In this document: positions 1 to 8,614 of the stretch, in pieces | How positions within the stretch are numbered: position 1 is the first letter of the stretch | Layout: each line of letters opens with the position of its first letter | Notes under the pieces: generated by a model | Told to the model about the DNA's origin: nothing | Seen by the model: the letters and a program-made list of their open reading frames with translations, nothing else | Databases searched by the model: none | IMG/VR virus record: IMGVR_UViG_3300032242_001414 | Coordinates: 9,079 to 73,078 of that record | Reading direction: 5' to 3' (one strand) | DNA: 64,000 nucleotides | From: a virus | Lineage: Duplodnaviria; Heunggongvirae; Uroviricota; Caudoviricetes | Position numbers and translations under genes: made by a program

Positions 1-891
1 ATCAAAGCTATCCATAGTCATACCATAAATTAATGGAGCAGAATAGTTTGTGCTGTCACAAACAATAAACTTAGGATAGAGTACATTATAACCTTCTAAG
101 TCAGCAAAATGATGCTTAGCTGCAAAATAGTACAAATAACCTTGAATATATGCTCTACGATATAAATAATACTCATCATAGAAGTTTTCTACAGACCATG
201 TACATTTTAAGTCATATACATTGATTAATCTTTTATCATGATCTATAATCACTTTATCCATCATAGACTTAAATAAATGACCTTCCACTTCATATCCCTC
301 AACCTGTAACTGATTATAAATAGAATATCTAGCACTAGGTACCATATTTACAATCTCTGCAGTGAACTCATTAGTCTTCAGCTCTTCTACAATCTTTGTA
401 GCATTCTCTACATCTTTTGTAGTGACCACTGTTAATCCCTTGCTTCTCACCTCACGGATCTCTTTGTAATACACTTCTGCATCAGATCCAATAAACTTAC
501 CAAGAACAGCATCTAATTTAATCTTAAATCCTGAATCTACATAAGCATCTTTAGCAAGGTCTTCAAAGGTTCTAGTTAATACACCATCTTCATTTGTAGC
601 AGCAGCTGTATGCTTATATAAAGCTTCTACAAACTCTAACATTAATCCTGTTGGTGCACTAGTTACTATAGACATGTGAAATCTGTTATCAAACTCATCT
701 GGTTCTAATAACATTGTTTCTACAATTCTACCCATAGTTGCAGCTAGATTTTCTTCATCTTCCACTGCTTCATTAAGAATATACTTTTTATGGTATTTTT
801 TACGGTTCATAGAGAATTCCTTCAAACTTGAACTGGAATCCATTTTCACTGCTCTGTATTGAGCTTCTGTCTTAGCTGGTCCGTTAATCAT
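1..891 (-). CDS. hypothetical protein, possible PD-(D/E)XK-type nuclease; N-terminal ~297 aa in window, C-terminus lies beyond window start
   Basis: Minus-strand open frame from ATG (revcomp of cat 889-891) to the window edge with no stop; absent from ORF track because it is unterminated. Hand translation starts MINGPAKTEAQYRAVKMDSSSSLKEF and contains ...IDHDKRLINVYDLKCTW..., a D...(D/E)xK-like core. Its ATG overlaps the stop of the upstream ORF (ATGATTAA). Confidence 0.4.
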   Translation of the reverse strand, partial: MINGPAKTEAQYRAVKMDSSSSLKEFSMNRKKYHKKYILNEAVEDEENLAATMGRIVETMLLEPDEFDNRFHMSIVTSAPTGLMLEFVEALYKHTAAATNEDGVLTRTFEDLAKDAYVDSGFKIKLDAVLGKFIGSDAEVYYKEIREVRSKGLTVVTTKDVENATKIVEELKTNEFTAEIVNMVPSARYSIYNQLQVEGYEVEGHLFKSMMDKVIIDHDKRLINVYDLKCTWSVENFYDEYYLYRRAYIQGYLYYFAAKHHFADLEGYNVLYPKFIVCDSTNYSAPLIYGMTMDSFD

Positions 892-1132
892 GTTGATTTG
901 CTTTAAAGTCATTAATAATTGTTTCACTCATTCTTCTAATTTCTATTGGTACTTGTTTGAACCACCATCTCACTTCCATTTCATACTCACGTCCTTGTTC
1001 ATCTTTACCTCTGGGATTAATCAACCAGAAATTGTAAGTTTTGTCATCATATTCAACAGATCCTTCATACCATATTTCAGTGAATGATGGCTTTCTGTTA
1101 ATACTTACTGTTAGTTGTCTTTCTTCACTCAT
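884..1132 (-). CDS. hypothetical protein (82 aa)
   Basis: ORF track; tightly packed between neighbours with overlapping stop/start codons. Confidence 0.5.
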   Translation of the reverse strand: MSEERQLTVSINRKPSFTEIWYEGSVEYDDKTYNFWLINPRGKDEQGREYEMEVRWWFKQVPIEIRRMSETIINDFKANQHD

Positions 1133-1533
1133 TTTTTTTCTAATTTAGTTTTTACATCATGACATTTTTCACACAGCACCTGTAGATTATCTATCTCACA
1201 GAATAGTCTTTCTACAAATCCTGGCAAATCTTGTGCACAGTTTAAGCTACCTGCAGGTTTTATATGATCGACATTAATTTGTTTCTCTGGAAACCAATTC
1301 TTACAATTAGCACATTGATATTCAAACTTTTGTCTTTTATTGGTTCCCTTATATGCACGCTTAGCTTTAAGCTTACATTCTGTAATAGGTTTCCACCATC
1401 TTGATTTTTGTCTCAATGCACTTCTAATGAAGCTCCAGAAAGCAGATTCTGTCATTGTACCAGCATTTCTCACCTTAGGGCTTCTTGCTCTAGGTATTTT
1501 GGTTCTTCTTTTTGTAGCGTTTTTCTTTATCAT
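1129..1533 (-). CDS. HNH endonuclease
   Basis: VDHIKP...NLQVLCEKCHDVKT matches the HNH (His-Asn-His, CxxC) nuclease motif; basic N-terminus; adjacent to a tRNA gene. Confidence 0.8.
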   Translation of the reverse strand: MIKKNATKRRTKIPRARSPKVRNAGTMTESAFWSFIRSALRQKSRWWKPITECKLKAKRAYKGTNKRQKFEYQCANCKNWFPEKQINVDHIKPAGSLNCAQDLPGFVERLFCEIDNLQVLCEKCHDVKTKLEKK

Positions 1534-1548
1534 ATATAATATTTAATA

Positions 1549-1622
1549 GCCCAGGGATGAGATTCGAACTCATATCTTCTGATTAATCGTCAGGTGCTCT
1601 TTCACATTTGAGCTACCCTGGG
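1549..1622 (-). tRNA. tRNA-like gene (74 nt), anticodon assignment ambiguous
   Basis: Minus-strand sequence CCCAGGG-TA-GCTC-AAATGTGAAA-GAGC-A-CCTGA-CGATTAA-TCAGA-AGAT-ATGAG-TTCGAAT-CTCAT-CCCTGGG-C: 7-bp acceptor stem, D arm, T arm with canonical TTCGAAT loop, discriminator C, no encoded CCA. Anticodon loop CGAUUAA has G at position 33 and AUU at 34-36, which is non-canonical. Confidence 0.6.
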
Positions 1623-1631
1623 ACTACAAAA

Positions 1632-3149
1632 TTAATCAATTGTTACGATTCTTTTAGAAATTTCTTGCTTAATTTCATCTAAAGATTTCACAATTGTATA
1701 CATTTCTACAGCAGATAAAGCTGGTAAGTTGAAATCATACTTCTTAGCTTCAGCTGTGAATCCTTCTTTAGCTTTATCAGCTAAGTTTTCTAATTCACGT
1801 ACAGCATAAGACTCATCCAACTCTAATGTATCAAAATCAAGATCATGTAAGATTTCTGTTGCTTCCTCACGAGGAACAGTCATAATTGGTAAATATTCCC
1901 AACATCTGCCCTTAGATTCACCAATACCTACAACCTTCATAGGATTAATAAGTACAAGAACACTCGTATCACCACATCCTACATAGTGAATTTCATCACT
2001 AGTGAAGTGTAAACCTTCAGCACCACAATCATCAGTATTCCATCTACACTTAGCTGGGTCCATGCTTACAGCTCTACCAATACGAATATCAAATGTTCTA
2101 CTATAAGCATCTGTGAATCTATTCTCTGCTCTATTAGGCAAATCTAGATAAAGATCAGTTAAGTTACCAATCTCTTCACCATATTGCTCTTCACAATGTT
2201 TGTACACTGTACCTGAACCAGAACATTCTGAACAATCACAGCTATCGTCATAATAACAATCATTATCTTCATCATATTCATCAGCTTCACAAGGAACAGT
2301 TCCTGAACCATCACAATATGTACATGGCTCTAGTTCTTCAAATACAGATTTATGAACCATTGTATAATCACCATTCTTTAAGAATACTAAATAATCATCT
2401 GGTTTCTTCTTCCATACAGCCTTCACCTTATTATAAGCATTACTTACAAAGTGAACTAGTTCATTAGATCCATGGAGTGTAACCACATTACGCAATGCTA
2501 CAAAGAAGCCCTGCTTAGTGATACCAAATGCATTCTTCTTCAAGAAGTTGAATAACTTATCTGCTACCTCAGCTCTTGGATTCAAGCAACACCACATAAA
2601 GAATCTGTGTAAAGCCTGAAACTCATCACTATTTGTACCACCATGCTTACCAACCACTTCTAAGAATTCTTCTACAAGTAATGGAGGAAGAGTTCTATTG
2701 ATGCCCTTTAGATATAAAGAACCATCTTTCATCTCAAACTCTTCTAATGTAGCTAAATACTCAGCACCTCTTTGGATAGCCTTAGCTTTCTCATACTCAG
2801 CTTCAGCTTTTCTTCTTTCTGTTCTCACTTCTTCAGAACTAACTAATTCAATTAATTGACCTTCTGATTTAGCATCTTTGGCTGCATAATAATCATTTGT
2901 TGTTGCTGGAGATTTGGTAATAATATTACCATCATTCATTACAATAGTTAGTGTATCATTAACCATTTTAATGTTTAAATAGGGTTTGATACCACCATTT
3001 GTATATGTAGAATTCCATTGATAAGGAGAAGAAGGAGCTATTGCTCCCTCTTCATTATCTAATTGATCAAACGCTTGTTCAATCTTGTTTTCTACTACTC
3101 TTTCAATTGTGCGTTCAATAGCACTTTTAAACCATTTTAAGCTTAACAT
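1632..3149 (-). CDS. DnaJ-type (CxxCxGxG) zinc-finger containing protein, function unknown
   Basis: Track ORF 1632..3185 starts at TTG; the first ATG (MLSLKWFKSA) at 3149 removes the overlap with the upstream gene. The Cys-rich block CTYCDGSGTVPCEADEYDEDNDCYYDDSCDCSECSGSGTVYKHC contains two CxxCxGSGTV repeats, identical in pattern to the DnaJ cysteine-rich zinc-finger repeats. Confidence 0.55.
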   Translation of the reverse strand: MLSLKWFKSAIERTIERVVENKIEQAFDQLDNEEGAIAPSSPYQWNSTYTNGGIKPYLNIKMVNDTLTIVMNDGNIITKSPATTNDYYAAKDAKSEGQLIELVSSEEVRTERRKAEAEYEKAKAIQRGAEYLATLEEFEMKDGSLYLKGINRTLPPLLVEEFLEVVGKHGGTNSDEFQALHRFFMWCCLNPRAEVADKLFNFLKKNAFGITKQGFFVALRNVVTLHGSNELVHFVSNAYNKVKAVWKKKPDDYLVFLKNGDYTMVHKSVFEELEPCTYCDGSGTVPCEADEYDEDNDCYYDDSCDCSECSGSGTVYKHCEEQYGEEIGNLTDLYLDLPNRAENRFTDAYSRTFDIRIGRAVSMDPAKCRWNTDDCGAEGLHFTSDEIHYVGCGDTSVLVLINPMKVVGIGESKGRCWEYLPIMTVPREEATEILHDLDFDTLELDESYAVRELENLADKAKEGFTAEAKKYDFNLPALSAVEMYTIVKSLDEIKQEISKRIVTID

Positions 3150-3162
3150 GTTTTTGCTTTTT

Positions 3163-5520
3163 TTAAATTGTTTGTAATTCTTCAATTGTGTCTACAGTTA
3201 ATTCTTGCTCTAATGGAGCATCTTCAGTTAATTTTAGAGTGTAGTGCTCTAAGTTAACTCTTGTTTTGTGATACTTAAAGAGATCAACAAGTGCAGTCAT
3301 TAATGCTTTATCTTCATAACGAATTGCATATCCCATCTTACTTAACATTGCGTTCAAGAAAGGTAATTTGGTAAGCACCTCATTCACTTGCTTATAGATC
3401 ATATATGTTGGTTGATCAAACAAGTTGTTCTCTTTAGCATGTTCCACTATTATATTTTTGATCTCATCACTAGCATAGTTTCTGTTATTGTTTTTATGAT
3501 ATACTCTTAAAGTTTCTAACTTATCTGCTAGATCAGTAGATATCTCTTTAACAAATTCTATTCTATCAAATATAGCTCTATTATTTCTACATAGGTCTTC
3601 TACTAAGAATTCTGTAGCCATTGTTCTATATGGTCTGTTTTTTCCTTCCATAAATTTATCTAATGTTATCCAGTTATGTAATTCAGCTTTCTGTAAGTTA
3701 TCAAATGTGGCTTGTGCAACAATAACAAACTTTGCATGTTTGTCAAATTGAGACCACCATTTATCCATCTTCTTCTTATCAGCTTCTACAGCATAAACAT
3801 GTAACATATTTACTTTATGGATTTCTTCCATTTTAAATGTGGTAGGAACAAACTTAGCATATTGTTCAATTAATGTATTCTCTGTCTTGGTACCCACCTT
3901 ACCAGAGAATTCACCTTTCATTCTAACCTTCTTAACACCACCCACTGTTGTAGCTTTGGCTAAGATTTTAACTCTCTTAGCTTTCTGAGCAGCTGTCCAT
4001 TCTTCAGGAATAGCAATAGCATCAGCATCTATCATTCTTGCTTCATAAAGACTAATTACATGTCTTAATTCTGTAATGATTTGTCTCCATTGAGATTTAG
4101 GATAGTTCTCTAGTCTTAGCATAGACCAATATGTATGATAATCAACTTGATTACCACTTCTAAGCGTAAAAGGTTTGATATCTTTCTTAACAAATAGCAC
4201 TGTTTTGTAATCAGTTCCTAATATACTTCTTAAATAGTCTTGTTTACTTTTAGTAAGTCTATCTGCAAAATAATAGATATCACCATTGTGGCTACCACCA
4301 AAATCTTGTGGTCTTAAGTTAGTAGTCCAGTAGTTCTTGGCATTACCAAATCTACCATTGTTATATCTAAACTTAATTTGATACTCACCTAAGAAATAAT
4401 CCTTAGCTGTTTCAGCAAGTCTTTTGAAATCTAATAGCTCTACACCTTCTAGTTTAGGTTGTTTCATAGGAGTGGTAGCACGCTCAAGTAATTGTGTTAC
4501 ATCAATTCTACTTGGATATCCTATAATAGAACCATCCATATATTTATATCTATCATTATAGAATTCTAGAATGGATGTGATGTCAGACTTGTCTGTAATG
4601 CTTTCATTATATTTATCCATGAAAACATTTGCTACAGCAATAATTTTATCTATGATAGTTCTTTTAGCTTCTTGAGTATATCTAATAGCTTCTCTGTTAG
4701 GAGTTGGAAATAAACCATCACTCAAAGTAAATCTTAAAGCCATTTTCATATTGATTCTCTCAATACCAAGCTTCTCCCAGTCAATTGGATAGCTAACATT
4801 ATCTAGACATAAATGCATGTCATTATTCTGAGCTAAACTAGAATATTGATAATGCTCAGCTCTATGTATTGTGAAATTATTACTTACATCTCCCCAAGCA
4901 CTATCTACATCAAAATATACACTCTCAAAATAAGCTAATTGCTCCTTAATCTTCTTAGTGAAGTGATATTTATCGTAGTAATCCACTGGAACAATCACCT
5001 TTACACCATTTGGTTCTGTAGTTGGTGTTTCATATAAAAGATCGATACTGTTTGTATCCTCTCCTTCATACATCATATATTTACGTTCTACACCATTCTT
5101 TCTAGCTACGAAATAAAAGCTAGAGCTATAGGCTAATGGAGCTTTGAATCCTAAGCCCATCATACCTAATTCTGTGTTGCTATCACGCTTGGTTGATTTA
5201 CCATATTTACTGATGATATTAACTACATCATCTGCATCTAAACCAATACCAAAATCCTCAACAGCAAACTCAAATGTATCTGTCTTCACTGCTCTCTTAA
5301 ATGAAACAATGATAGGCTTGTCACTTCCAGCTCTTCTATGACTATCCAGTGCATTACTTGCACACTCACGGATAGTAGAGCCTATTGCATCAGAATATAA
5401 ATTCTTACTTAACATCTGCATCAGCACTTGTGCAGAATCTAAGTCTAGTGACATTTTCACAGTTTCCTGTGTTTCTCCCTCTTGGAGAATGTGTGATTCG
5501 GTTTGTTTTTCTAAGATCAT
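3163..5520 (-). CDS. Hsp90/HtpG-like GHKL (Bergerat-fold) ATPase, 785 aa
   Basis: N-terminal LYSDAIGSTIRECASNALDSHRR (cf. HtpG [22 protein letters not shown]), VEDFGIGLDADDV (cf. ISDNGVGMT), ISKYGKSTKR (cf. IAKSGTKSF), ELGMMGLGFKAPLAYSSSFYFVA (cf. LIGQFGVGFYSAFIVA); these are the N, G1 and G2 boxes in Hsp90 order. Confidence 0.65.
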   Translation of the reverse strand: MILEKQTESHILQEGETQETVKMSLDLDSAQVLMQMLSKNLYSDAIGSTIRECASNALDSHRRAGSDKPIIVSFKRAVKTDTFEFAVEDFGIGLDADDVVNIISKYGKSTKRDSNTELGMMGLGFKAPLAYSSSFYFVARKNGVERKYMMYEGEDTNSIDLLYETPTTEPNGVKVIVPVDYYDKYHFTKKIKEQLAYFESVYFDVDSAWGDVSNNFTIHRAEHYQYSSLAQNNDMHLCLDNVSYPIDWEKLGIERINMKMALRFTLSDGLFPTPNREAIRYTQEAKRTIIDKIIAVANVFMDKYNESITDKSDITSILEFYNDRYKYMDGSIIGYPSRIDVTQLLERATTPMKQPKLEGVELLDFKRLAETAKDYFLGEYQIKFRYNNGRFGNAKNYWTTNLRPQDFGGSHNGDIYYFADRLTKSKQDYLRSILGTDYKTVLFVKKDIKPFTLRSGNQVDYHTYWSMLRLENYPKSQWRQIITELRHVISLYEARMIDADAIAIPEEWTAAQKAKRVKILAKATTVGGVKKVRMKGEFSGKVGTKTENTLIEQYAKFVPTTFKMEEIHKVNMLHVYAVEADKKKMDKWWSQFDKHAKFVIVAQATFDNLQKAELHNWITLDKFMEGKNRPYRTMATEFLVEDLCRNNRAIFDRIEFVKEISTDLADKLETLRVYHKNNNRNYASDEIKNIIVEHAKENNLFDQPTYMIYKQVNEVLTKLPFLNAMLSKMGYAIRYEDKALMTALVDLFKYHKTRVNLEHYTLKLTEDAPLEQELTVDTIEELQTI

Positions 5521-5522
5521 AA

Positions 5523-5885
5523 TTAATAGTTTACTTCGATGTTAAATTCTTTTAAGATTTCTTTTGCTTTTAATATGTTTTCTATTTCTTTTTGGTCTGT
5601 AATGTTTTCTTTGTTTAATTTTAAAATTCTAGTGTCTCTTGGTGTATTTACGTAATGCTTCCAGATTCTAGTAAGCTTCCAAAGTTTACCATTTTCAGAA
5701 TACATTGGATCTCCTTGTGCTTTTTCCCAATACTCTTTAGAACGTACAACATTTATAGGTGAAAAGTATTGAACTGTACCACCTCTTCCTTGTCCAAAAT
5801 AAATACCAATACAAAAATCATTACTATTGCTAATTGCTACTAAATCACCTCTGTGGATATCTCCACCATGTTTAACTGTATACAT
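5523..5885 (-). CDS. hypothetical protein (120 aa)
   Basis: ORF track; ATG start; 2-nt gap to upstream gene. Confidence 0.5.
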   Translation of the reverse strand: MYTVKHGGDIHRGDLVAISNSNDFCIGIYFGQGRGGTVQYFSPINVVRSKEYWEKAQGDPMYSENGKLWKLTRIWKHYVNTPRDTRILKLNKENITDQKEIENILKAKEILKEFNIEVNY

Positions 5886-5897
5886 AATTGTGTCTTT

Positions 5898-6617
5898 TTA
5901 GAATGGTGTTCCATCTAACCATTCGATTTGAAAATTGTTGTTGTCTTTTAGAACCTTGTTTACCATTTTAAATGTATCTCCTGATTCCCATTCTGTATTC
6001 TTATAGCTTGCAGATGCTGGATGACTAGTTGCAAATACCCAACTGAATGGATTTACATATTTAACATATCTAGCAGCATCCTTACCTAAGAATATAAATG
6101 GTACTTGTGTAGGATTTAGAATCTCCTCTATGACATATTTAGTGAATGGTTCCCATATCTCCATGTGTGAACCTGCTTTATTCACCTCAACAGTGAGAGA
6201 TGCGTTAAACATTAACACACCCTGATGAGCTAGATAACTTACATCTGGATTCTCTTTATTACAATAGGCACATAACCCACCATAATTCTCTCTTTCTATA
6301 GCATTATAGAATTGTTGTAATGATGGCTGTAATACACCAGTGGTAGAACAACCCATTAACAAACCATCTGCTACAGGAGATCCATTCTTTAGTGTGTGAT
6401 AGGGACAAAAGCCCATTAACACCACCTTTAAATCATCTAGTGAGGTTTCTTTGAAGCATCTATATACATTCTGTGAGAGAGGAGCAATTTTCTTGCCCCT
6501 CTGACTCTCAGATTTGAGATATTTATAGATGTTATCACAAGCTTCACTCTCAATAAATGGTTGCATCTTCAAGTGCCAGCTTTCATGAAACTGATCTTTA
6601 AATTTCTCCCAATTCAT
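5898..6617 (-). CDS. uracil-DNA glycosylase family-1 (UNG) homolog with substituted catalytic motif
   Basis: Collinear with UNG: VVLMGFCPYH (UNG VVILGQDPYH), ADGLLMGC...QPSLQQFYNAIE (AHGLCFSV...PPSLVNIYKEL), LAHQGVLMFNASLTVE (LENQGVLLLNTVLTVR), IWEPFTKYVI (GWETFTDKVI), ATSHPASASY (KAPHPSPLSA). The water-activating Asp and the Gln of GQDPYH are replaced by Cys and Phe; the catalytic His of HPSPLS is retained. Confidence 0.65.
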   Translation of the reverse strand: MNWEKFKDQFHESWHLKMQPFIESEACDNIYKYLKSESQRGKKIAPLSQNVYRCFKETSLDDLKVVLMGFCPYHTLKNGSPVADGLLMGCSTTGVLQPSLQQFYNAIERENYGGLCAYCNKENPDVSYLAHQGVLMFNASLTVEVNKAGSHMEIWEPFTKYVIEEILNPTQVPFIFLGKDAARYVKYVNPFSWVFATSHPASASYKNTEWESGDTFKMVNKVLKDNNNFQIEWLDGTPF

Positions 6618-6618
6618 A

Positions 6619-7386
6619 TTAAAATATTGATAATTGATTAAACATTGACCCTGCTTCTTCTAATGTTAAAGGAGCTACTGGTTCATTATATGCATTAAAG
6701 AACTTATGTGCTTTAATGTGACTATCCATCCATAAGCTAGGATGTGTTTCCTTCATAGCAAATGTTGTGTAATTATATAATTCCCATAAGCTATCAGGAG
6801 CACCATAATCATGTGTAGGATTAGATAACTCTCTAGAGATGATATTTAACTGTGTAGATGTAATAAATTGCTCTTCAAGCATCATTCTACCAATTAACTC
6901 AGCTTTAACACGTCTAGTGATTTCTACTTGCTTCATAGCATCTCTTTCCTTTTGCATCTTCTGAAAAGAATCACCTGCTAATTTGATATAATCTCCAATA
7001 GCCTGTGGTGTGAATGATTGCACCTCACCAACATGCTTCTTTTTGAATGCACCATATTCACCAGATACACAACCATTAGAACATACTAATATGCGTGTAC
7101 CAATAGCAAACTTTAATGTAAGTTGTTTATTGTAGCTATTTTGCCAACCAACTTGTAATTGCATTTCACTATCTGCAACATTGCTAATTGTATATTTTCC
7201 GTTAGCAATTTGTCCATCCTGAGCAGCTGTATATATTTCTTTATCTAATTTGAAACCAGCTTTCTCAATACCTTCTAATGTAAGGTCTATTAATTGTCCA
7301 TGCCCAATAGGCTTATATGTTCTTGTTTGAGCAGGAATATCTGTTCCTAATATCAAACTCTTTGTAGCACTGTAATTATTCTCCAT
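6619..7386 (-). CDS. DUF932-family (phage/plasmid-like) protein
   Basis: RILVCSNGCVSGEYG resembles the LVCSNG signature of DUF932 proteins found in phage recombination/replication modules. Confidence 0.45.
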   Translation of the reverse strand: MENNYSATKSLILGTDIPAQTRTYKPIGHGQLIDLTLEGIEKAGFKLDKEIYTAAQDGQIANGKYTISNVADSEMQLQVGWQNSYNKQLTLKFAIGTRILVCSNGCVSGEYGAFKKKHVGEVQSFTPQAIGDYIKLAGDSFQKMQKERDAMKQVEITRRVKAELIGRMMLEEQFITSTQLNIISRELSNPTHDYGAPDSLWELYNYTTFAMKETHPSLWMDSHIKAHKFFNAYNEPVAPLTLEEAGSMFNQLSIF

Positions 7387-7549
7387 CTTCTGATAGTATA
7401 ATTGTTTTATTAAAATATTTACTTAAAATACCTGATAGGTTTTCTATACCTATACATTCTATTTCATCTCCTTCAGATGTTTCTAACCATTCTATTTCGT
7501 TTTGAATGGATTCAATTAAATCATCTAAATTGTTTGGTCTTTGTATCAT
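7376..7549 (-). CDS. small acidic hypothetical protein (57 aa), not in ORF track
   Basis: Hand translation MIQRPNNLDDLIESIQNEIEWLETSEGDEIECIGIENLSGILSKYFNKTIILSEDGE. Its start forms an ATGA overlap with the stop of the primase-like gene, and its stop overlaps the DUF932 start. Confidence 0.3.
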   Translation of the reverse strand: MIQRPNNLDDLIESIQNEIEWLETSEGDEIECIGIENLSGILSKYFNKTIILSEDGE

Positions 7550-8550
7550 AGAATTCTTTTGTTTATTAAATGATTCTGTATAGCTTGTAAACCATGAGCT
7601 TTAGCTAAATCAGCCCAATCTTTTATTCCCTCTTTAAGATATCTCCTAGGGACATTACAGTAACCAAAGTCAAATAACTTAGTTATCTGCTGAGAATTGG
7701 TAACACCTGTAACATCACTATCAAAACTTAGGATTTGTCTGTCTGAGTTTGCTTTCAAATACTCCACATTCTCATGGGAGAAGCAACCAATACCTTCATT
7801 CTGAACTGCACAGCAGCACGGAAATACCTTCTTCATAACCATATAATCCTTCTTGCTCTTATTGATAAAAGCAGTTTCACAATTAACTATATCTTCTTTA
7901 CCATCCATTGCGGTGATAGGAACATTATTGGGCATCCATTTGCTCTTTTTATCTGCAAATGGTCTATATATCTTCCAATACTGTCCCTCATATAGATAGC
8001 CAAATCTCAATTCATTCTCTGGGAGAACAAACTTACTCTTGTTCAAGTAGACATTCTTAATTGCATAAATGTTATTATCTCTAAGGTCTTGTATATCCTG
8101 GTAATAGCTGGACCAATAATCAAGTTCACTTTTTGTAAACTTTCTAGTGGTCACCTGTATGAAAGAATATCTCTTTTCAAGTTCAGGTTGTTTATAAGAA
8201 GATGTTATTCTCTTATAGTCTTCTGTATATTTACCAGTTGTGATACCAAGATTGAAATCTTTATCAATCAGTCTCAATACATCATCAAATGAAGCTAGGT
8301 TAAATAGTGTCTTGACAAAATCAAAACAATTACCACGTTTATTTGTGTCTGCAAAGTCTATAAATGATAGAAATCCTCTCTTGTTACCAATTACAAATGA
8401 AGGATTGTTCTCTGTTCTGAAGGGGGAATAAGTAACTTTATTGAGCTTCCAATCATGATCAGGCATATAATATCTAAATATATCATACTCACTAATCTTG
8501 TCTAAGATAGCCTCTGCAGTTAACTTAATCTTTCTTTTACCATTAATCAT
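7546..8550 (-). CDS. putative DNA primase (TOPRIM-like)
   Basis: QILSFDSDVTG resembles the DnaG TOPRIM DxD motif (LCFDGDRAG), with an upstream acidic residue (NCETAF); positioned beside SSB-like and helicase genes. Confidence 0.45.
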   Translation of the reverse strand: MINGKRKIKLTAEAILDKISEYDIFRYYMPDHDWKLNKVTYSPFRTENNPSFVIGNKRGFLSFIDFADTNKRGNCFDFVKTLFNLASFDDVLRLIDKDFNLGITTGKYTEDYKRITSSYKQPELEKRYSFIQVTTRKFTKSELDYWSSYYQDIQDLRDNNIYAIKNVYLNKSKFVLPENELRFGYLYEGQYWKIYRPFADKKSKWMPNNVPITAMDGKEDIVNCETAFINKSKKDYMVMKKVFPCCCAVQNEGIGCFSHENVEYLKANSDRQILSFDSDVTGVTNSQQITKLFDFGYCNVPRRYLKEGIKDWADLAKAHGLQAIQNHLINKRIL

Positions 8551-8614
8551 GTCTTAAAATTAAAACCCCCACCAGTTTACTGATGAGGGCTTTTTATGGA
8601 GGATGGGTCAAATA

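Noticed and set aside
3150-3185. Track start of the 517-aa ORF at a TTG codon overlapping the Hsp90-like gene
   Set aside because: An in-frame ATG 12 codons downstream gives a non-overlapping gene; the same applies to track TTG starts at 15880, 20798 and 41499. ATG-adjusted coordinates are used in the features.
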